Origin: Planctomycetia bacterium
GTDB taxonomy: Bacteria > Planctomycetota > Planctomycetia > Pirellulales > UBA1268
Assembly: GCA_026401075.1 (NCBI GenBank)
Contig: JAPLNQ010000237.1
Coordinates: 28,790-92,789, forward strand
DNA: 64,000 bases
Direction of reading: 5' to 3'
The notes beneath the pieces were generated by a model that was given only the letters and a program-made list of their open reading frames with translations, was not told where the DNA came from and did no database searches. The position numbers and the translations under genes were made by a program. Positions 47,510-55,934 of the stretch are shown piece by piece. How positions within the stretch are numbered: position 1 is the first letter of the stretch; each line of letters opens with the position of its first letter.

Positions 47510-49755
47510 CAAGGATTCCTGACGACGTTTCGAAGACCATGATCGCCCGCCGCTCCGGCGGCTGCCATTGTCGGTTCCGACAATGCGCTCTCCGTGGCGC
47601 CTTCCAGCCTGCTCGTTGGCACGATGATCGCCACATGCGTGCCGCGACCGGAGTGGCTCTCGATGGCGGTCGTCGCGCCGATGCGCCTCGCCCGTTCCCG
47701 CATCCCGCGGACCCCAAAATGCCCATCCAGCAACTCGCGGCCGGCGACGTCGAATCCAATACCGTCGTCCGTCACCGTCAGGCACAGTCCGTCCGGCTTG
47801 GACACGACCCGCACCTCGATCGCCGCCGCATCTGCATGTTTCAAGGCGTTGTTGACCGCCTCCCGCATGATCCGCAGCAGCTGGTATTGCACGAGGGACG
47901 GCACGCGTGGCAGGTCGCCGGCGGCGTCGAACCGAATCGGCACGGTGGTGAGCGACCGCAAATAAGCCACCTGCGCCGCCAGCGATTCGAGGAGCGAGCC
48001 ATCGTGGCGGGCCGGATCGCGGAGATCCCAGAGGAAGTCGTGGGTCTCTGACTGAAGCCGGGCGAGCAGACCTCGCTGCTCTTCCAACACGTGCCGGGAC
48101 CGTTCGTCGGTCGCCCGATGGGCTGCGGCATCCAGCCGTAACGAGATGCCGGCGAGATCCTGTTCGAGTGTGTCGTGAAACTCGCGGGCGATACGATGGC
48201 GCTCCTCGGTAGCAGCCTCTGCCTGCAGTTTTTTCTCAATAACCGCCAGTTGCCGCGTCACCTGGCGACGCAACAGCATAACCCAGACGCTCGCAATGCC
48301 CGCGACCATGGCCACAGCTGCGAGTGCGGCCGCCAGCCGGTGCGGCTTCCACCAGGATGGGGCACGGACGATCCGCACATCGGCTGCGGATCGCAGCAAC
48401 AGTTGCAGCTGCCCGAACGGCCGGAGCGCGATGATCCTGCCGACCTCGGCAGTGTCGGTCGCGTCCTCGCGCACGATCCCGGTCGCCATGACCTCGCTCC
48501 CAGGCTCCATTCGTCGCAGGATCCGAAACGCGTCCGGCTGTGCCACGGCCACTGCGCTCGTACTTCCCGAGTTGAGCAGCACGACGCCACCGGGGCCGTT
48601 TGCCTGCACGTCGACGACGCGCGCCGGAAAGGTGACAAGGCAGCCCTTGTAATCACCCGGTGCGGCGACGGAACCATGATACGACGCGTGCATGTTGATG
48701 CCCACGATCTCTTCCGGAGTGATCCGGATTGTCGCGAGCGGCCTGTCTGCTGCGAGCCGCCGCACCACAGCCTCCACGATTCCAGCGACGTCACGATGGG
48801 CGTCGACGAAACCGGAAACCTCAACGCGATCCCCGGGGGAAAACCGCTCGGACGAGGATGTCTCCACCCGCACGCCCATCGTGCCCTCCTGGAGATAGAG
48901 AAACTTCGAAGGCTCGGCGAACGTGACCGTTCCCTGCGTCCGAATCCGACGCCCTTCGGCGGGTTCCGGACTGTATTGGGCGATCGCCTGCAGCGCCACC
49001 ATTGGAGCGTCGAAGGCTGATCCGGCCGCGGGGCGTTCGACGGCGATATCAGCGGCGTGGACGATCGACACCCGGGGAGAGAGAAACTCGCCTCGGGTGT
49101 TGAATCGCATCGCCCCGACGCCCACCAGCCGGACGGCCGCATCGACGAGCGAATCCGGTGGCCCGTCGAGCACTCTCTTGGGCACCGTGGCCTCGAAGCG
49201 GTGGCCGCAGTCGTCGAGTACGAGGAGCCATTCTTCGGCCGAATCCCGAAAACCCTGCACCACGCCCAACACAGTGACCCGCAGGCAATCATCCGCGCCG
49301 CTGAAGAACCGGTCCCGATCGACGGGCCGTGGCTCGGGCTCGGAGCGTTCGCCGAGGATGCGGATGCCAACGGGCGAGATATTCGGGGAATAACCGCCGC
49401 GGTTGGCCCACCCATGGACTTCGACCTCCAAGCCGGGAGTGAGCCGGGCGAGCACGCTGGAATCGATCTGCGGAAAACCGCGCCGCCCGGGCGGCGCAGG
49501 AGTGTCGATCCAGATGCCGCCCGAATCATCCTGCACGATGAGACCATTCGCTCCACGCCACGTCACGACACCCCGTATCGTCACCAGGCGGCGGGCGGGG
49601 GCATTTACGTCGGCGAGCACGTCGCGGATCGACACGAGCGGCGGGAGTGCTGGAACATCGTCACCAGCCCCGGCACGCGGAACCGCCAACCAGCACGTCA
49701 CAGCCAACACCAAAAGCACAAGCCGCGGCGGTACGAAAAGCATCGATCGACCCAT
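47509..49755 (-). CDS. sensor histidine kinase (HisKA_3 / NarX-LiaS type) with large extracytoplasmic N-terminal domain
   Basis: Signal/TM MLFVPPRLVLLVLAVTCWLAV, a periplasmic region of about 440 aa, a second TM LAAALAAVAMVAGIASVWVMLL, H-box RIAREFHDTLEQDL, ATPase blocks NNALKHA, DDGIGF, GHFGVRGMRERA. Confidence 0.85.
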   Translation of the reverse strand: MGRSMLFVPPRLVLLVLAVTCWLAVPRAGAGDDVPALPPLVSIRDVLADVNAPARRLVTIRGVVTWRGANGLIVQDDSGGIWIDTPAPPGRRGFPQIDSSVLARLTPGLEVEVHGWANRGGYSPNISPVGIRILGERSEPEPRPVDRDRFFSGADDCLRVTVLGVVQGFRDSAEEWLLVLDDCGHRFEATVPKRVLDGPPDSLVDAAVRLVGVGAMRFNTRGEFLSPRVSIVHAADIAVERPAAGSAFDAPMVALQAIAQYSPEPAEGRRIRTQGTVTFAEPSKFLYLQEGTMGVRVETSSSERFSPGDRVEVSGFVDAHRDVAGIVEAVVRRLAADRPLATIRITPEEIVGINMHASYHGSVAAPGDYKGCLVTFPARVVDVQANGPGGVVLLNSGSTSAVAVAQPDAFRILRRMEPGSEVMATGIVREDATDTAEVGRIIALRPFGQLQLLLRSAADVRIVRAPSWWKPHRLAAALAAVAMVAGIASVWVMLLRRQVTRQLAVIEKKLQAEAATEERHRIAREFHDTLEQDLAGISLRLDAAAHRATDERSRHVLEEQRGLLARLQSETHDFLWDLRDPARHDGSLLESLAAQVAYLRSLTTVPIRFDAAGDLPRVPSLVQYQLLRIMREAVNNALKHADAAAIEVRVVSKPDGLCLTVTDDGIGFDVAGRELLDGHFGVRGMRERARRIGATTAIESHSGRGTHVAIIVPTSRLEGATESALSEPTMAAAGAAGDHGLRNVVRNP
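47567..47584. promoter_or_regulatory. 18-bp palindrome ATTGTCGG-TT-CCGACAAT, second copy of the candidate operator
   Basis: Perfect 8+2+8 inverted repeat, also preceded by ctgcc, 58-75 nt upstream of the response-regulator ATG, inside the last codons of the kinase gene. Confidence 0.4.
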
Positions 49756-49897
49756 GGCGTCACCTCGTCAAGCGGCCGTTCCCACGGACTACTCCGAGTT
49801 CTTCTTACATCACTCACACGGCCGGTCAAAGCTCCCCTGCGACACCGGCTGCGTCGCAGTGCCTGATCAGCACCAAGCAGCAGGGACTGCGAGACAA

Positions 49898-49990
49898 TCA
49901 TTTCGTCTTGGTCGGCTCGGAAGTCGTGTCGATCTTGATGTCGATCGTGTTGTGGCCGGGCTTGACGGTGCGCATGAGGGGCGACTGCTC
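49898..49990 (-). pseudogene. 3' remnant of a paralogue of the lipoprotein gene 45291..45734
   Basis: Own translation ..GEQSPLMRTVKPGHNTIDIKIDTTSEPTKTK* compared with ..RQSKFTRTVKPGHNQIDIEIDTTSAPAKTK*. Nucleotide similarity is about 75 percent by eye over about 75 nt, including tcatttcgtcttgg. There is no 5' part. Confidence 0.55.
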
Positions 49991-49994
49991 GCCG

Positions 49995-50177
49995 GCCGCC
50001 GGCGGCGTAGATGACGGCCTTTTCGTCGAGGTCGTGTCGCAGGCTCGTTTCGGCCACCTCGATCACCAGCAGGCTATCGGCCGAGTGAGGCCGCCGCGAG
50101 GCGTAGTCCTGCGGCCGCACCCAGGCGACGTCGGGCTGCGGCACACTCTGCCGGCCGGGGATGGCAAGCGTGAGATA
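49995..50177 (-). pseudogene. internal fragment of a Uma2 (DUF820) family endonuclease gene
   Basis: Part of ORF 49698..50144(-) plus upstream codons: YLTLAIPGRQSVPQPDVAWVRPQDYASRRPHSADSLLVIEVAETSLRHDLDEKAVIYAAGG. This is the PD-(D/E)xK core pattern of Uma2 proteins. It lacks both the N-terminus and the C-terminus. Confidence 0.5.
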
Positions 50178-50183
50178 ATCGGG

Positions 50184-50222
50184 GACGGGAGCGGATTTTC
50201 GCAGCGGAGATCCGCTCCCGTC
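50184..50222 (-). terminator. hairpin downstream of mazF (family 3-like sequence)
   Basis: gacgggagcggat / atccgctcccgtc 13-bp stem with a 13-nt loop, 30 nt after the mazF stop. The left arm resembles the 59086 hairpin (ggggacgggagcg.attttc). Confidence 0.45.
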
Positions 50223-50251
50223 GCCGTGTCCGCTCCTCCCTCCACGCCCTG

Positions 50252-50599
50252 TCAGCAGTCCGGGTTGATGAGGAGGGCTTCGAGGCGACCGATGACCTCG
50301 TCAAGCACCTCATCCGGAACCGTCTCGATCCTCCGCACCCGTCGCACCTTCCAGTCCACGGATCGGACGTGGTCGGCAAGAATCACGCTCGTTACCCCGT
50401 CGGCCGTGCAAACGGGAACCTCGAACGAATACCCTTTGGCCTGGCGGGTGGCCGGGCAGATCACGCACAAACTCGTCTTCCGGTTGTATGCCTTCGGGCT
50501 GACGACGAGTGCCGGGCGATGCCCCGACTGCTCGCGGCCCTGACGTGGATTGAGGTCGATCCAGACGAAGTCGCCACGATCCGGAACGTAGCTGGCCAT
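50252..50599 (-). CDS. mazF: type II toxin, MazF/PemK-family endoribonuclease
   Basis: MASYVPDRGDFVWIDLNPRQGREQSGHRPALVVSP...CPATRQAKGYSFEV..., 115 aa. ATGA overlap with the upstream antitoxin. Confidence 0.85.
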   Translation of the reverse strand: MASYVPDRGDFVWIDLNPRQGREQSGHRPALVVSPKAYNRKTSLCVICPATRQAKGYSFEVPVCTADGVTSVILADHVRSVDWKVRRVRRIETVPDEVLDEVIGRLEALLINPDC

Positions 50600-50841
50600 C
50601 AGTTGACGACCTCCGCCCCCACGTCGGGACCGAAGTCGCTCTCACCATGCAGTTTTGCGGGAGTGCATGTTCGCAGGAGCTGCGACAGGCGATGCCGCGG
50701 CCGAGCCTTCGGCCGCATCACGATCGCGCCGGCCTTGCACTCGAGGTCCACCTGCGTGCCTTCTCGCATGGCAAGACTCTCGGCGAGCCGCGCGGGGATC
50801 CGCACCGCCAAGCTGTTGCCCCATTTTTGCACTGCAGCCAT
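50599..50841 (-). CDS. mazE: type II antitoxin, MazE / AbrB-SpoVT family
   Basis: MAAVQKWGNSLAVRIPARLAESLAMREGTQVDL is the swapped-hairpin AbrB-like N-terminus. 80 aa. Confidence 0.85.
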   Translation of the reverse strand: MAAVQKWGNSLAVRIPARLAESLAMREGTQVDLECKAGAIVMRPKARPRHRLSQLLRTCTPAKLHGESDFGPDVGAEVVN

Positions 50842-50857
50842 GTCCGCGCTCCCGCTT

Positions 50858-50891
50858 CCAAAGGAATGTATCTACATTGTATATCCTTTGG
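50858..50891. promoter_or_regulatory. nested palindrome (CCAAAGGA...TCCTTTGG with inner ATGTA-TC-TACAT), candidate mazEF operator/promoter
   Basis: AT-rich. On the coding strand it reads ccaaaggatatacaatgtagatacattcctttgg, contains TACAAT, and ends 17 nt before the GGGAG RBS region of mazE. Confidence 0.5.
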
Positions 50892-50930
50892 TGCCGCATC
50901 CGTCAAGCCAACTTGAGCCATGGCGGCAGA

Positions 50931-51530
50931 TCAGTCGTCCGGTGTATCGATGAGCTGCTGGAGTCTGGCTGCCAGTTCGGGCGGAAACCGGGCGGGCCAG
51001 GTGGCATCGATGAGGCCGATCTCCAGCATGTCGAGGAGGTGCACCTGGTCTTTGCGCCGGTACGACGTGAGCTTCATCCGCACCAGCGGCTCGAGGCCGA
51101 GCACACGATAGGTCTTGAACGACGTCGATTCCGACACGTCCGGCACCGCTGCGACATACTCGGGCCGCACCTTCTCGCCGGAGAAGATCACGTGCACGGC
51201 ATCACGGGCCTTGGCCCCGGGACCGTCGAGAAACATCTCGATACCGGCGGTCCGACGATGGACGAAGCCATTCTTCTCGAGCGCCTCCGCGGCGCGACCG
51301 AGGTCTTCACGTCGCAGCACGAGATCGACGTCCTGCGTGAACCGCACCGCCGACTCGTCAACCTGTTCCACCCAGGCCATCACGGCATTGCCACCGATCA
51401 CGGCATAGGGAACGCCCGCCGCCTCCAGAGCGGCCGTTGACCGCAGCAGTCGGTCGCGAATTTTTTCCACGGCTCGCTCCATGCGGTCGAGGGCCAGCAG
51501 GCCGTCATACTCGGCATTGGATTCAGTCAT
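50931..51530 (-). CDS. nucleotidyltransferase-fold protein (AbiEii/AbiGii-like pattern)
   Basis: ORF 50931..51773(-), start at in-frame ATG 51530 (MTESNAEYDG). VIGGNAVMAWVEQVDESAVRFTQDVDLVL fits the GG...RxTxDxD pattern of minimal NTases. No AbiEi-like partner is adjacent. Confidence 0.55.
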   Translation of the reverse strand: MTESNAEYDGLLALDRMERAVEKIRDRLLRSTAALEAAGVPYAVIGGNAVMAWVEQVDESAVRFTQDVDLVLRREDLGRAAEALEKNGFVHRRTAGIEMFLDGPGAKARDAVHVIFSGEKVRPEYVAAVPDVSESTSFKTYRVLGLEPLVRMKLTSYRRKDQVHLLDMLEIGLIDATWPARFPPELAARLQQLIDTPDD

Positions 51531-51665
51531 TGGAAGTGCCAGACTCGGACGCTGTGACCCGGCGCCGGGGTGGGAACGGCGGCAGCCCGCAGGACGAGCT
51601 TTCCCCTGTAGAATAGCCCTACGCACCGCAGACCCGCAAAGCCCACCGACGGAAAAGGAGCTCGC

Positions 51666-53228
51666 ATGAACATCCAGGGCTATCTCGGCATCGATGCCGG
51701 CACGCAGGGGCTTTCCGTCATCTTCTGCGATGAATCGCTGAAAATCCTCGCCCACGGCGAGGGCTCCTATCAAATGGTGCCCGGCCTCGCCGCCGACTGC
51801 TACGAACAGCAGCCGGGCGACTGGGAGCAGGCGCTGGCCACGGCCATGACCGGGCTCTGTAAGAAACTGGACGCTGCCGGGATCATGATGGAGGTGCAGG
51901 CGATCGGCATCTCAGGCCAGATGCATGGCGAGGTGCTGGCCGATGACCTCGGCCGGTCGCTATCCCCGGCGCGGCTCTGGTGCGACAGCCGCAACGAGGC
52001 CGAGGGGCACGAACTCACTGAGAAGCTCGGCGTGAAGTGCCCCAAGCGAATCACGACCGCTCGCTGGCTCTGGACGATCCGCCACCAGCCCGAGAAGGCC
52101 GCCAAGGTGGCCCACATCACCACGCCTGCCGGCTGGATCGCGTTCCGGCTCACGGGCCAGTGGAACCTCGGCATCGGCGACGCGGCCGGGATGTTTCCGA
52201 TCGATCAGAAGACTCTCGACTACGACTCAAAACTCCTCACCGACTTCGACGCAATCGTCGCGACGCTGCCCCACGGCAAGCAACTGCGTCCTCTCAAAGA
52301 CCTGTTGCCCCATGTGAAGAAGGCGGGCGAGGACGCCGGCACGCTCGATGGCCACGGCGCCACGCTGCTCGGCCTGCCGACCGGCATCCAGGTGGCGGCC
52401 GCCGAAGGGGATCAGCCGGCGGCGCTCGTCGGATCGCTGATCGGCGCGGCGGGGATGGTGTCGATGAGCTTCGGCACGAGCGTCGTCGCCAACGCGGTGG
52501 GCGACCGGGCCTTCCAGGGCATCTCCCGCGCGGTCGACCACTTCTGCGCCCCCGACGGCAAGCCGATCAACATGGTCTGGCTGCGGAACGGCACCACGGC
52601 GATGAACATGGTGGTGGAGATGTTTGGCAAGGTAAACGGCGAGGTGAACGGCACGGGGCGTGGCGATGCCTTCACGGCCGTGATGCCGAGCTTGCTCGCG
52701 GCCCCCGACGACTGCGGCGGCCTGCTCGCCCTGCCCTTCATGGACGACGAGCCAGGCCTCGGCGTGTCACGGGGCGGCACGGCCTGCGTGATCGGACTCA
52801 ACGACATGAACGCCACGCCGGGCAACGTCGCCAAGGCGATGCTTCTCGCGACGATCTTCAACCTGAAGATGGGCAGCGACGAGCTCGACAGCCAGGGCTT
52901 TCCGCGGACGGAGATCGTGCTCTCCGGCGGTGTCACGAAGACGCCGGCCGTCGGCCAGATCCTCGCCGACGCCTTCAACACGCCGGTGTCGATCCTCGAC
53001 GGTGCCGCCGAGGGCACAGCCTGGGGGGCGGCGATCTTGGCGAAGTATCGCCGCCTCTCGATCGCCGGTCAGGCTCCAGCGTGGTCGGCATTCCTCGCCG
53101 GCCATGCCAACGGCACGCCGACCCGGTTCACACCGCGGCCGTCAGCGACCGCCGTCTATCACGCGATGGAAAAGCGTTACCGCCGGCTGGTCACCCTCCA
53201 CGGCCAGCTCGAATCGGCGGTCGAGTGA
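51666..53228 (+). CDS. FGGY-family carbohydrate kinase
   Basis: AAGGAG RBS. LGIDAGTQGLSV N-terminal ATPase motif, ISGQMHG, C-terminal GGVTKTPAVGQILADAFN. 520 aa. Confidence 0.85.
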   Translation: MNIQGYLGIDAGTQGLSVIFCDESLKILAHGEGSYQMVPGLAADCYEQQPGDWEQALATAMTGLCKKLDAAGIMMEVQAIGISGQMHGEVLADDLGRSLSPARLWCDSRNEAEGHELTEKLGVKCPKRITTARWLWTIRHQPEKAAKVAHITTPAGWIAFRLTGQWNLGIGDAAGMFPIDQKTLDYDSKLLTDFDAIVATLPHGKQLRPLKDLLPHVKKAGEDAGTLDGHGATLLGLPTGIQVAAAEGDQPAALVGSLIGAAGMVSMSFGTSVVANAVGDRAFQGISRAVDHFCAPDGKPINMVWLRNGTTAMNMVVEMFGKVNGEVNGTGRGDAFTAVMPSLLAAPDDCGGLLALPFMDDEPGLGVSRGGTACVIGLNDMNATPGNVAKAMLLATIFNLKMGSDELDSQGFPRTEIVLSGGVTKTPAVGQILADAFNTPVSILDGAAEGTAWGAAILAKYRRLSIAGQAPAWSAFLAGHANGTPTRFTPRPSATAVYHAMEKRYRRLVTLHGQLESAVE

Positions 53229-53241
53229 CGACGGTGACGAT

Positions 53242-53266
53242 CCCCCGGCTCACGCCGGGGGCTTTT
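53242..53266 (+). terminator. intrinsic terminator
   Basis: cccccggc-tcac-gccggggg followed by ctttt, 14 nt after the kinase stop. Confidence 0.7.
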
Positions 53267-53315
53267 ATGCCGCATACAAGCCCGAAGCGTCAGCGCCGGG
53301 ATTCCACGTCCGCAT

Positions 53316-54496
53316 TTACCGCGGTGCGGTTTCACTCACGGCCAGCATTCGCTCGAGCGCCGTCACGGCCCACTTCGCGGTCTCGTCATCGACCCGGATG
53401 ACGTTCACCGGATTTCCTGCCTCCACGTGTTCGAGGCTCCAGCAGAGGTGCGCAAGATCGATCCGATACATCGTCGCGCACATGCAGACCACCGGCGAGA
53501 GAAACCGGATCGTCTGCTCCGGATGCTGCTGCTCAAGCCGCTTGACCAGATGCAACTCCGTGCCGATCGCCCACGTCGTGCCGGGCGGCGCCGCCTCCAC
53601 CTGCTTGATGATGAAGCTCGTCGAGCCCGCGAGGTCGGCCTTGTCAACCACTTCCATCGGGCACTCAGGATGCACGAGCACCTTCACGCCCGGCAGGTTC
53701 GCCCGCACGGCATCGACATGCTCCGGTCGGAACATCGCATGCACGCTGCAGTGACCCTGCCAGAGGATCACACGGCTCTTCTCGATCTGCCGGGCATCGT
53801 TGCCGCCTAGCCTTGGCTCGTGTGGACTCCAGACGCACATCTCGTCGAGCGGGATGCCCATCTTCCGCGCCGTGTTTCTCCCGAGATGCTGATCCGGAAA
53901 GAAGAGCACCCGTTTCGTCTTCGCGAAGGCCCAGTCGAGCACGGCCCGGGCGTTGCTCGACGTGCAGACGATGCCGCCATGCCGGCCACAGAAAGCCTTG
54001 AGGCTGGCCGCCGAGTTGATGTAGGTCACCGGCGTGATGTCGGAGGTGTCGATCACGCTGCCGAGGTCGGCCCAGGCGTCTTCGACCTGCTCGATGGCGG
54101 CCATGTCGGCCATCGAGCAGCCCGCGGCCATGTCTGGCAGCACGACCGTGACACGGCCTGCCGCCCTCGCTGCCGCTGAAACCTGCGCAGCCACCTTCTC
54201 CGGCCGATTGACAAGGATATCGGCCGTCTCGGCCATGAAATGGACGCCGCAAAAGACGATAGCCTCGCAGGCCTCCCGCTCGGCGGCCGACTTGGAGAGC
54301 TGGTAGCTGTCGCCCTGGAGGTCGGCGTGTGCGATCACGCCATGCCATCCTGCTGGTAATGGTGGCCGAGGATCACCAGCCGCGGGCCCATTCGCCGGCG
54401 GACCGCCTCGATCCGCTCGCTGAGCACGGCGTCGCCCAGTCCGCGGTAGGCGGCAAGCGGTCCGGCAGGCTCCGGGTTGGGAAGAATCGCGGTCAT
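53316..54496 (-). pseudogene. nadA: quinolinate synthase, single frameshift near 54335-54350
   Basis: The N-terminus is in ORF 54335..54544(-) (MTAILPNPEP...RLVILGHHYQQDG). The rest is in ORF 53316..54620(-) (VIAHADLQGDSYQLS, VFCGVHFMAETADIL, CSMADMA, VTYINSAA, ILWQGHCSVH, VHPECP, CATMYRI). This is compatible with a 1-nt indel in gatggcatggcgtgatc. Confidence 0.75.
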
Positions 54497-54640
54497 GATC
54501 GAGTCCAGTATACGGGGAGAGTGCCCGTGCGATGTCGTCGGCAAACGCTATACTGTCGGGCCGGTGGACCGCCCCGGCGGCTCCCCGCACATCCGGCGTG
54601 AAATCCGGTCTCTCTCCCATCTGAAGGACGGCAAGGCGTT

Positions 54641-55000
54641 ATGGCGCGAAAAGTGGTGAATCGCAAGGAACTCAGGGCCCAGAATGATGCGGCCGAGGCC
54701 CGCGAGAAGACGAAGAAGGCGCCCAAGAAGTCGCCCCAGGACAAGGCGGCCAAGACACCCAAGCCGAAGAAGGAAAAGGTCGCCAAAGACCCCAAGGCGC
54801 CCAAGAAACCGAGCCGCAAGAAGACCGCCAAGGAATCGCGGATGAAGGCCTTCTGGGGCGTCTACAACCAGGGCATGAAGCGGCTGGCGATGTTTGAATA
54901 CTCCGACAAGAAGGCCGCCGAGAAGAAGGCCGCCGATCTGATGGCGTCGTCCAGGACCAACCATTTCATCCAGCTCGTCAAGGAACCGATCACCGAGTAA
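54641..55000 (+). CDS. small basic protein: Lys/Pro-rich N-terminal half, conserved-looking C-terminal half
   Basis: 119 aa. KTKKAPKKSPQDKAAKTPKPKKEKVAKDPKAPKKPSRKK, then AFWGVYNQGMKRLAMFEYSDKKAAEKKAADL...HFIQLVKEPI. Confidence 0.6.
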   Translation: MARKVVNRKELRAQNDAAEAREKTKKAPKKSPQDKAAKTPKPKKEKVAKDPKAPKKPSRKKTAKESRMKAFWGVYNQGMKRLAMFEYSDKKAAEKKAADLMASSRTNHFIQLVKEPITE

Positions 55001-55033
55001 CGGGATCTCCGTGGAACGGGAAAGGCGGCGTTC

Positions 55034-55804
55034 ATGCGATCCCCAACGGTCGGCACGACGGTGACGTGTACAGCAGTTCTGTCACAGGCTGCCATCAGCC
55101 TGCTGCTGGTGATGCTGCTGACCGCCACCGGGTGTACGAAAACAGCGGACAAGAAATCCACGGCGGCGGCCGACGGCGGCAACGCGGAAGCAGCCGTGGC
55201 CGACGGCGAAACTGACGGCGTCGATTTCGATACCGCGATCGCGGTCGATGACGGGAAGGTCGAAGCCTGCTCTCCCATGGGCTGGACCCGCGGTCCGCAG
55301 TCGAAGAGCTATCTCGTCAAATACGTCCCAAGCCGGAAGAAGACCTATCCGTCGATCGTCGTGATGGCGGCCGATGCGCCCGAGGGCATCGTCGAGGTCG
55401 ACGCCGGGTCGCAGAAGGATTTCGTGGCCGCGATCGCCGCCAGCCTGGCCGGCACCTTTTCGAAGAACGGCAAGAGCACGCTGCTTCAAAAGCCCGCCGC
55501 CTCAAGGCTCGGTCCGCACTTCGGCGCCACGTGGGCTGCGCCTGCCACGATCAACGTCGATGGCATGAAAGAAACGATCGATCGCACCAGCTATGCGGCT
55601 GTGATCGGCGGGCGGATGTACACCGTCGAGGTGCGGGCGCCCAAAGGAAAGCTCGATAGCGAGGGCCGCGCGGCCGCCCGTGCCGTGGCGGCGGCGCTGG
55701 CCCCGCCGGCAGTTGGAGAAGCGGCTCCGGCCGCAGAAGAAGCGGCGCCGGCAACCGAAGAAGTGCCGGCCGCAGAAACCGACGCCGCTGCCGAGCAGAA
55801 GTAA
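55034..55804 (+). CDS. hypothetical lipoprotein
   Basis: Lipobox LLTATGC after a hydrophobic stretch. Ala/Glu-rich C-terminal tail. Confidence 0.6.
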   Translation: MRSPTVGTTVTCTAVLSQAAISLLLVMLLTATGCTKTADKKSTAAADGGNAEAAVADGETDGVDFDTAIAVDDGKVEACSPMGWTRGPQSKSYLVKYVPSRKKTYPSIVVMAADAPEGIVEVDAGSQKDFVAAIAASLAGTFSKNGKSTLLQKPAASRLGPHFGATWAAPATINVDGMKETIDRTSYAAVIGGRMYTVEVRAPKGKLDSEGRAAARAVAAALAPPAVGEAAPAAEEAAPATEEVPAAETDAAAEQK

Positions 55805-55839
55805 GGAAGCCGAAGCGGTATCCGCTGCATGCCCGGAGT

Positions 55840-55866
55840 CCCCCGGCTTCCGCCGGGGGCTTTTCT
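55840..55866 (+). terminator. intrinsic terminator
   Basis: cccccggc-ttcc-gccggggg followed by cttttct. The stem is the same as the terminator at 53242. Confidence 0.7.
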
Positions 55867-55934
55867 ATCGGTCGTGCGACCCGCGACAAGAAGCCCCGGA
55901 CGGAAGTCCGGGGACACCGAGCCGCCGTGCGTCC

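Noticed and set aside
47617-47632. TGGCACG-N4-TCGC, a near-consensus sigma54 promoter
   Set aside because: It lies inside the kinase coding region on the antisense strand with no downstream gene, and it has one mismatch in the -12 element. It is most likely chance.
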